From the NCBI RefSeq assembly GCF_018977255.1, contig NW_024704742.1, forward strand, positions 136,154,001 through 136,218,000: a stretch of 64,000 nucleotides of DNA. Reading direction: 5' to 3'. The position numbers were made by a program, and so were the translations under genes. The notes beneath the pieces are model-generated. The model was not told the origin of the DNA. It saw only the letters and a program-made list of their open reading frames with translations, and did no database searches. The stretch comes from Callorhinchus milii. Taxonomy: Eukaryota. Positions 13,137 to 22,550 of this stretch are shown here, piece after piece (position 1 is the stretch's first letter; every line of letters starts with the position of its first letter).

Positions 13137-13412
13137 TGAATCCTGTAGCTCAGTAGTTAGAGCACTCACCTCGCAAGCGAGCGACTGGGTTCCAACCCTG
13201 CTAGGGTGAAGCGCTGGGCAAGTTTCCTTACTCCACATGCCTGATAATAATCGCTCAAAAAAAGAACAATAATAAAATTTGTCACTTCAATCCACAACTG
13301 TTTGTGGGACACTGCTGTGCGCAATTGGCTGCCGGGTTTCACCCAAAAATATACAGTCAATTCACTTTACAGTATATTCTTTCGCTACATCAAATGTAAG
13401 GATTATTATTAT
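13137..13412 (+). mobile_element. tRNA-derived SINE, short form
   Basis: tcctgtagctcagtagttagagcactcacc head; ctccacatgcc joined directly to taataatc; (ATT)n tail. Confidence 0.85.
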
Positions 13413-14011
13413 TCACATGGTTGCGATGCCTCAAAGTACTTCACAGGACATACAGTAGTAACTGGGTGATAATAATATTAAAAATAATAATCATTGCATT
13501 TGATATAGTGCATTTTCACGTCGTTGAGACGTCATGGAATATATTGTAAAGTGAATTTACTGTCTATTTTCCACGAGAACATTGCAGTCAATTTGCACAC
13601 AGCAGGGTCCCACAAACAACCATAAAATGAGTGACTCATTTTATTTCGGGGCTGTTGGCCAGGACACTGGGAGAAACTCACTTCTCCTTTCGAACAGTAC
13701 AATGCTCAGATGTTCAACATACTCTGTACAACATAGACTGGAGGAGTAAATGTCAACATTAATTCAATGGGTTAAATGAGTCTGAGAGAGAAAGAGAGAC
13801 CGAGGGACAAAGGGAGTCTGAGAGTGAAAGAGAGAGAGTCATTGAGAAAGCGAGAGAGAAAAATAAAGAGCAGGAACTGTATTTGTAACTGACCAAGGCA
13901 GATAATCTACTGAACACACTGGTTAAAGCAGATTCAATAATTGTTTTTAAATGAGAATTGGATAAATGCTCTTTCACTCCATTTTTTTTCAGTAAATCCT
14001 GTGAAGCATTT

Positions 14012-14220
14012 GTTTTTTGGTCAGCCAGGTGTCTGACACATCCGGAAACCCAATTACTTGATTCCAGAATGGATTAGGTGCAGGTTGGCAAGAGTCGAGG
14101 CTTGGGGACCCCAGAGTGTGCATTGGGCGTCACTGCTGGAGTCTAACCAGCTAAAACCGCACAGTTTAGCATTGAGAGCGCTGTCTGGCAAGCTTTCACA
14201 CTGCCTGCCCAGCTTTACTG
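14012..14220 (+). repeat. Unclassified interspersed repeat, internally deleted copy
   Basis: Shares ggcttggggaccccagagtgtgc...ctgctggagtcta...ctaaaacc...ggcaagcttt with 16900-17020 and with the reverse complement of 31930-32060. Confidence 0.75.
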
Positions 14221-14542
14221 ATTAGGGCTTTCGCTTGCAGCGGTCGTGGGATCTGAGTAGACAGAGTCCCTGCCCTCCAGAACTGCCTGTCAAGTCCTGC
14301 CAATGTGCCAGGCTGGCTATGCTGTCATTAGCTGTGCCCAGGAGTACTGTGGACCAGCCTGGCTCAGCAACTAGACTATCAAGACTCATGTCATTTGATA
14401 TCCAACAAACTTGGGTTTGAGCCCTCACTCGGGGGAATGGTTGGTACCAGTAACTCTCTGCAAACTTCCTGATGGACAACGGAGCTCACCATGAGACTTG
14501 TGAGACCATTCCCACCATCTTCCTGCCCACAGCTCGGAAAAC

Positions 14543-14805
14543 AGCCTCTGTTTACCTAGCAGTAAGTAGGAACCCAGTTGTTAGTCAATTGGAGGATCAT
14601 TTTCTGGTGGGTAATAATCCCTACACCCCCAAAATAAACTTGGTCGCTTAATCACGACTGTTTGTGGGTCATCGCTGTGTGCAATTGGCTGCTGCATTTC
14701 ACCCACAAAATAGTCTATCCACTTTACAGTAAATCCTGTGAAGCGCTTTGAGGCATAACTTGACGAAATAATGAAACGGTATATCAAATCCAAGGCTTCT
14801 TATTA
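14543..14805 (+). mobile_element. tRNA-derived SINE, long form, 5'-truncated
   Basis: gcctctgtttacctagcagtaagtaggaacccagttgttagtc...taataatccc...tail. Confidence 0.8.
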
Positions 14806-16740
14806 CTGTTAAATTAAATGACATTTAAAGCAGAACCTTTCAGCTCAGGAGGACGTCTCAAAGTGGTTCACAAGATATACTGCAGAGTGCAGCGACGGTG
14901 TAATTTTTAGGTGAACGTAACTGAACGACGAGAGAGAAGTGAATGGATGGCCCAAGGAGGTGGTGGAGGCAGATTACATCAGGCAAAGCCAAGAGATAAA
15001 AATCGGAGGTTACAAACTCTCACAGTTTTAGCTTGCGAGACCGTTTTGTCTTGTAGACAAAGAGCGTGTAGAATTTATAGAAAATTCTTCAAATCAGTCT
15101 TAAAATAGAAACAGTTCTTTAATCAAGAGTGGTTAACAAAAAGCTACTTGAGACCTATAAAGGGGGGGAAGGGAGAAAGAGGGGGATAAGTGCTTTATTA
15201 TTTATGCTACTTAACGCCTTTGAGTACTTATTGAACCAACAAACAACCTAGAACAAGACAACATATCATAGGATCAACAAAGAGGAGCTGGCGAGAATGA
15301 GCTTGGCTCCATTCCTACCCTCTGCCGTGCTCTCTCTCTCTCTCTCTCTCTGTCTCTGTCTCTCAATCCCTGTGTGTCAATCTCTGACTTCCTCTCCATT
15401 TGCATCTGTTTCTCTTTCTGTCTTTCTCGCTCTCTCTCACTCCATCTTTCTCTAGTACCAGATGTCTCTATTGTCTTTCATTGTCGTGTTTTCAATTCGG
15501 CTCTCACATTCACACACACTCACACATACACACTTACATACTCTCACACACAAACATTTACATGCACACATGCACACACACACGCATGCATGCAGATACA
15601 CACTCACACGTGTGTATACACGGGTAGACGGGTGCAAACAGACATGAGCACACGTTCCTAAACACATGCACTTTGGCTTTGAGAGAATTAGTTTGAGAAC
15701 AACCATTAGAGCAGGGGGCGTGGAACCCACAGAGGTAATAATATGGAGTCTGTGGCCATCACCATGGATACTTTGAGATGGGATGGGGGAGGGGAAGAGT
15801 GATGGGGAGGGAGGGAAAGTGGAAAGGGAGGGAGAGAGAGAGAGAAAGGGAGCAGAGGGAAGGGGGAGGGAAGCAGTTTGAACAAGGAGGGGAGGATTAC
15901 CTAAGAGAGACTCCTCAATAGCAGCAGCTGTCCAAGCCAAGAGCAGAGCGAACGACTGCTATTGACTGGGGTAAAGAAGCTCCATACACAAAGCAATTAC
16001 TCCCCGGCGCGGGGGCACAGGTGGTAACAAAGGGAGTAGGCGGATTCTCGAGCGAGATTTGACATTCACAGGACAATGGGACCCACACTGCCAGCCTTTC
16101 CTTCCACTCTCGGGATTAAACGTTAAGAAGGCAAATGGGTTGGGGGGAGAGAGGCGAGGGGGAGCGAAGGATTCTCCTTATGTTACACTGTCATTTGGGT
16201 TTTTGTTTCTCTCGTTTCTTTCAAACACTTTCTTTGGCGCTTTTGAGCTCACACTTTAAGCCTTCACTCACTCACTCACTCACTCATTTTCTCTCTCTCT
16301 CTCTCCGTTTCGCTATAATAATAATCCTTGCATTTGACACAGCGCCTTATCATGTCGTTGAGAAATCTCAAAGCGCTTCACAGAATATATTGGAAAGTGG
16401 AGTGACTGTATTTTGTGGACGAAACAAAATAAAGCCCAAGTCAGGAGAACATCGCAAAGCACTTTACAGGATTCACTGAAAAGGGTATTATCTGTGCATT
16501 TTGTAGGCAAATTTGGCAGCCAATTTGCACGCAGCAATGTCCATGAATTTAATCACTAATTCTATCTGCGGGACTGTTGGCCAGGACACTGGGAGAGTCT
16601 CCTTTCTCTTTTCCAACAGCTTGAATTCCATTCCAGACACAGGAATATTTCTGTGGCCATCACCATGGATACTTTGAGATGTGATGGTGGAAAGATAGGG
16701 CAATGGGGGAGGGTGCATTTTTGGGGGGAAGAGGGTGGGA

Positions 16741-17212
16741 GGTCAGTCTGGTGTCTGGCCCATGTGGAAACCCATCACCGTACTTAAGAGTATCCAAACC
16801 AAACCAAGAATTCCATGCATCCCATCCACACATGGAGATAGATTGTTGGAATGGAATGCGCACTCTCTCTCCCTGGAGGAACACATCCTAATTCCGTATT
16901 AGGGACAGGTTGGCCATAGTCAAGGCTTGGGGACCCCAGAGTGTGCGTTGAGGTAACTGCTGGAGTCTACTAAAACCACGTAGCTTGCCAGTCCGGCAAG
17001 CTTTCCCACTGCGTGTGCAGCTAGGACCACTCAACCCGATAGAGTGTTGGGGAAGGGAAGCAGTGTGAACAAAGAGTGGAGAAGGCGGAGGGTTACCTAA
17101 GAGAAACTGCTCAATAGCACCAGATGTTCATGTAGCATACATATGGGCAACTCTCAGTGTAGTTTGGAGGTGATGGGTTTCCGCGTGTCAAACATATAGC
17201 TGACACCAAAAT
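16741..17212 (+). mobile_element. Unclassified repeat with imperfect terminal inverted repeats (MITE-like)
   Basis: ggaaacccatcacc (16766-16779) is the exact reverse complement of ggtgatgggtttcc (17169-17182). The body recurs at 14012-14220 and 31928-32362. Confidence 0.55.
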
Positions 17213-17262
17213 GACTGCCGCACTCACAGATACACTCACTTTGCGGTCAGTGATCACCGTGA

Positions 17263-17334
17263 GGTGACGTGCTCTTTGACGTCACAAGACATATAAATCC
17301 AAGGTTTTTTTTCCCACTGGCCCAAAGAGGAAGT
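17263..17334 (+). promoter_or_regulatory. Candidate cis-regulatory cluster: CRE half-site, full CRE, TATA-like box, ETS site
   Basis: GGTGACGTG 17263-17271, TGACGTCA 17277-17284, TATAAAT 17292-17298 and GAGGAAGT at about 17327, in repeat-free sequence. Motif evidence only. Confidence 0.3.
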
Positions 17335-17700
17335 CTGATGCTGAGGCAGTTCACTGCAAAAAAAAGTTCGTCAAGGCCCATTAATAAAATATCGCACAAG
17401 GTTTACAACAAACCCAAAATGATCAATTACATGATTTTATTGACCAACAGGTTCTCTGGAGAATTCGCTTAATTGTTCTTACTTGTCTCCAAATCAATTG
17501 ATTGAGACCACGCTGCTCGTCTATCAACTAGGCAGCTTGTGTGAATACAAGGAGCCATAGATTCTTACAGTGCAGAAAGAGGCCATTCGGCCTTTCACAT
17601 CTGTGCACCCTCTCTGACAGAGGTCTCTGGTTAGTAGCACTCCTCCCTCTTATCTCCTCCCACACACCTCTTCATAATAATATTCCTAGCCTTTGATTGC

Positions 17701-18035
17701 GGAGTCCTGCAGCACTCGCCTTGCAAGCTGGAGGACCTGGGTTCTATTCTCAGGCACTGTGAAATCTTAGGCAAGATTCCTTACTCCACACATACCTAGC
17801 AGTAAGTAGGAACCCGGTTGTTAGTCGATTGACGGATCACTTTCCAGGGGTAATAATCCCTCCGCAAAAAATGTATTGATGACTGTTTGTGGGATACTGT
17901 TGTGTGCAACTGTCTCCTCTGTTTCGCCCACAAAATACACAGTAAATTCACTTTACGGTGTATTCTGTGAAGCAGTTTGAGACATCTCAATGACGTGATA
18001 AGGCAATATATAAAATGCAAAGATTATTATTAATA
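17701..18035 (+). mobile_element. tRNA-derived SINE, long form
   Basis: ggagtcctg...cactcgccttgcaagc head (partly deleted), long internal segment, tail. Confidence 0.85.
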
Positions 18036-19255
18036 TTTAATGCTTCATCAGTGCAGTCTCAGTCTAGACTGCGAGCTCAAAAGTCCCTAAACCTACAACT
18101 TTCCCACCTCCTCCCTCCTCTCTCTTCCCCCGGTTCAGCGTCAGGCTCTGCTACTCTTAAGCACTCCGAGACATTGCCCAGCAAGTTATTGTTGTAAATG
18201 CTGTGAATTTACAGCAACGACTTGAGACATTCTCCCAATGCGAAATGTGAGTGTGTGCATGGGTGAGTCTAAGGTAGTGTGTTGCATCTACATACGTGAG
18301 TGTGTGCATGGGTCAGTGAACGTATAAATGAGTGTGTGTGTATGTATATACGTGAGTGTGTGCATAGTAAGTGATTGTGTACGTGGTGAGTGTGTGAATT
18401 GACTTTGTGCCTGTCATTCCCTAATGGAAAGAGACAACATCCTGTTCAGAATCTAAATCCCGACAATAGAATCCTCTGCATTGTTGTCACAGATGTCACC
18501 TCTATTGAATGCAGTAACCAACACTCGAGTGAGACTCAAATTGATCTGTTTGCTTCGTACGTTGTGCAACATTTCAGCTTTAGTACCTTCTGATTGTAGC
18601 TGGTTTGGTTTCGAATGAACACGCCATTTATATTTCTCAGACTCTATTGTGACTGTGTCACAGACCAATTGTTAACTACACCAAGGGAGGAGGGCGAGAG
18701 GGCACAGGATCAGGGAGTGTGACGGGGCAATTTCAGGGCAAGAACCACAAAGTATGTCTTTACCCAGCGGGATAATTAACGATCGGAAAGCTGGTTGAGG
18801 CCAGGACACTGGGACTCATTTAAAAACCCAGCTCGATGCTGTACTGGGAGAGCGGTGGGGTATTCTGGAAGGATCAGATCAAATGGTTAGAGCATCCTGG
18901 TAATGGTGCAAACAGATTAGACTCTGCATTGTGGTAATAAACTGAATGCTGAGGGTGAATGCTGAGGGAGTACTGCATTATCAGAGGTGCCGTCCTTCAG
19001 ATGAGACGTTAAACCAAAGTTTTGCCCACAAAATACACAATCACTTCACTTTACAGTATATTCTATGAAGCGCTTTGAGCGGTCTCGAAGATGTAATAAG
19101 GTACTGTATCAAATGCGAGAATTATATAGTCCAGTCTCCCAATTCAGGTGGACATTAAAAATCTAACGGCACTATTTAAAAGACAAGGTGTCCTGGCCAA
19201 CAATCTTACAGATAGAATTAGTCGCTCACTTGATGGCAGTTTGTGGGACATTGCT

Positions 19256-19581
19256 TAATAATAATAATAATAATAATCCTTGCATTTGATATAGCGCTTT
19301 TCACGTCGGGAGGACGTCCCAAAGCGCTTCACAGAATAGACTGTAAAGTGAATTGACTGTATATTTGTGGGCGAACGCGGCAGCCAATTGCGCACAGCAA
19401 TGTCCCACAAACCGTCGTAGATTGAAAATGACCAATTTTATTATTGCTTTGTTTTTTGGAGGGATTATTATTAGGCGTGTGGAGTAAGGAAACTTGCCCA
19501 AGGTTTCGCCCTGCCTGGAATTGAACTCAGGTCTCTCGCTTGCAAAGCGAGTGCTCTAACCACTGAGCTACAGGACTCCAC
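19256..19581 (-). mobile_element. Young full-length tRNA-derived SINE, short form, nested in an older Deu SINE (about 18950-19680)
   Basis: Complete head and long (ATT)n tail. The flanks (tttgtgggacattgc | gcagattggctg) rejoin into a Deu-SINE 3' region. Confidence 0.92.
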
Positions 19582-20805
19582 GCAGGACTCCACGCAGGAC
19601 TTAATGCAGATTGGCTGTGGCTTTTGCCTAAAAGACAGTCACTATACCTCACATTGAAGCGCTAAGAGATGTAGATCTGATGCATGAATTATTATTATTG
19701 TTGTTATTATTATTGTTATTATTATTCCTGAAGCTCTCAGACATCAGTCACGGTGATGTCGCCTTCTCAGGTTTTGTGACCGCTTGTTGAGACAATATAA
19801 ATAATTGTCTTGTTTAGCATTAATTTTGGCAGAACAAATTGGCCAGCGAAGCCCATCGACTTGAACTTGAGTCAGAGCCTCTCAATCTGCATTGACTGAG
19901 CTTTGATCAGAGGCAGAATATTACAAACAGCCTTGGGGCACATTAACACAGAGGCTGTGGGATACAGTAATTGTACACACGCCTGAACTCTTTTGGAGTA
20001 TGTGTGGTGATTGGGAGGGTGGGTTGGGGGGATGGAAGGGGAGAGAAGCAAAGCTGGATCTGTTGTGGTTTTCCATGACTCCCCCACCCCCCCCCCCCCC
20101 ACCCCCACTCCCTCTTCGCGCCTGCTCGCTCCCTGCCCTCTTTTCCCCACCCACCCTCCTCCTGTTTGCAAGTCACAAATGAATTTAATTGGGATTTGAC
20201 AGACAGAGCTGGTTAATTTGACATAAGGGCCATAGTGAATTGGCCCTGGCAAAGTGGAAGACCCTCTCCTTCCCCGTCTTGTGTGTGTGATGCCGAGGCC
20301 GGTGATTGATGTGGGTTCACAGGGGGCCTCATTCAATCTGCCTTGAGTGGCTATGACGGCGGGGGTGATGGCGGCTGTGGGGCTTAGATGCCTTCTTTGT
20401 CCAAAGTCTTTGATGAAAGTGTTGATGTGTTGAATATAAATCTTGCATTTGCAATTTTGCATTCACAACACAATTAACTCTTGGAGAGCTGAATCTCCTT
20501 TTTTCTCCTAAAAAAAATGAAATTAAAGGGAAATTGTGCTTGAAGGGATTTGGCCTGATAATTGTCACGTACACATTAGGTATTACAATTATGTCTCTCA
20601 GCACTGTTTAATAAGGGCAGTTCCTCTTGACTCGTGTCAGCCTATGGCTCTGCTGGCTATACTCTCGATTCTAAGCCTGAAGATCGTAGGGTCAAACCTC
20701 CACACCTGAGATTTCAATTCATGGTCTAGGTTGATGCTCCATAGTGAGCGTTGTATAATTGGAGATACCAAGATGTTAAACCAATCTCAACTGATGTTAA
20801 CGTAG

Positions 20806-21145
20806 AAGTTGTGTAGCGTATTGGCTAGAGCACTCGCCTCTCAAACGGGTTTGATTCCTGGGCGCGGCAAAACCTTAGGCAAGTTTCCTTACTCCACACA
20901 ACTCTGTTTACCTAGCAGTAAGTAGGAACCTGGTTATTAGTCGACTGGCGGGTCACTTTTCTGGGTGTAATAATCCCTTTAAAAAAATGTTTTTTTTTAA
21001 GGGTCACTGCTGTGCGCAATTGGCTGCCGCGTTCTGCCCACAAAATATATAGTCAATTCACTTTACAGTATATTCTGTGAAGTGTTTTGAGACGTGTCAA
21101 TGATGCGATAAGCTGCTATATCAAATGCAAGGATTATTATTATTA
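20806..21145 (+). mobile_element. tRNA-derived SINE, long form
   Basis: Head, accttaggcaagtttccttactccac, long segment, tail. Confidence 0.85.
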
Positions 21146-21367
21146 AAGATCCTTGCAGTATTAAGAGACTTTTTTTCCATTGTCCTGGTTGGCAGATCAA
21201 TTGGCTGATTGACCTCATAACTGCTTGCAGAACTTTGCTGAGTACAACATGACCCCCACGTTTGTCTACAAAAAAAGATGCTGCCTCATAACAATATTTA
21301 TTGTGCTGAGACATTTCAATGCATACAAATGCTTCTTCTCCCAGCAGTTCAATTCAATTGTCCTTGT

Positions 21368-21830
21368 GTCAGCCTGGATCAGTCAGCACTCTTTTCTCTG
21401 AGTCAGAAGGTTATGGGTTCAAGCCCTTTGTCAGGACTTTGAGCTCACAGTCTAAGTTGATACTCCAGTGGCGCATAGGGGAACCTTCTATCCTTCAGAT
21501 GAGACATTAATGCAAGCTATTACCTGTTAAGGTGGCACTATTGATAGAGAGAAGAGTTTTTCTCAGTGCCTTGGTCATCAAACCCCTGCGGTCAATCACT
21601 TCATGGCCATTTGCAACAATACTGTGCGCAAGTTGCTCTTGCTGACAAATACACAGTCACTACACTTTATGTAGCGTGTGAAGCGTTGAGATATTTTGCC
21701 TTTGCTGCGCGCAAAGTGGCTACCATATTTGCCTACAAAAGCAGTCTCTGCACTTCACAGAAATTACTGTGAAGCGCTCTGAGATGTTACGATGCTACAA
21801 TAGGCCTTAGAAATATGAGTGTTATTAATA
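21368..21830 (+). mobile_element. Old Deu-domain SINE
   Basis: gtcagcctggatcagtcagcactc...tctgagtcagaaggttatgggttcaagccc head, decayed core, two tail remnants. Similar heads at about 20636, 22587, 24130, 31685 and 41536. Confidence 0.7.
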
Positions 21831-22179
21831 TTATTATCATCCTGACCACCATCTCCTTTCAAACTACTCTGACTGAGACAGCTAAGATCTACAACTCCAG
21901 CTTGTATCATCCTCCCCCCTGCCGCCCACGCCCCCCCCCCCCCCATTGTGTACTCATAATTCAGGTAATTATATTCACTGCAGGAGGGTTTCTCTGCCAA
22001 TCATCAGTGTATTATAATATAAGATCACAGAGTGCTTGGCCAAGGCTCACAGAACCAAAGAACGTTCGGGTGCAGGCCATTCAGCCCATCCAGTATGAGC
22101 TTATGCACTCACAAACCACCCAGCCCAAGCTTAACTCTTTAGCCTGTTACACCTCTACTCCCTCCATGGAACCCAGAGG

Positions 22180-22550
22180 ATAGACTTCAAAATCCTTGTC
22201 CTTGCCTTCATGGCCTTGCTCCTTCCCACCTCTGCGACCTGCTAACCCCATATCAACCTGTCCACTCCCTCCGCTCAGCAGGTCCTGCCCTCTCCATGTC
22301 CCCCATCCCGGTCCACCATCGATGGACGAACCTTCAGTCTTTCTGCCCCTACCCTATGAAACTCCATCCACCATTCCCATCGCCTTGCTCCCTCCCTTGC
22401 TTCCTTCAAGGCGTGTCTCAAAACCCTCCTTTTCGACCGAGCTTTTGGCCACCCTCCTACGACCCTCAGTTCAGGTCCATATCCCTGTCCAGCGCCTTGC
22501 GACGTTCTCCTGACTTGAAAGGCGCTATACAAGTATAATTTTGTATTGTA
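22180..22550 (+). mobile_element. L2 3' fragment
   Basis: gacttcaaaatcctt...catggccttgctcc...gtccagcgccttgcgacgttctcctgacttgaaaggcgctatacaagtataattttg. Confidence 0.8.

Noticed and set aside
19872..20462. 196-aa minus-strand ORF
   Set aside because: Non-ATG start, crosses G-runs and has no recognisable homology. The region looks regulatory instead.
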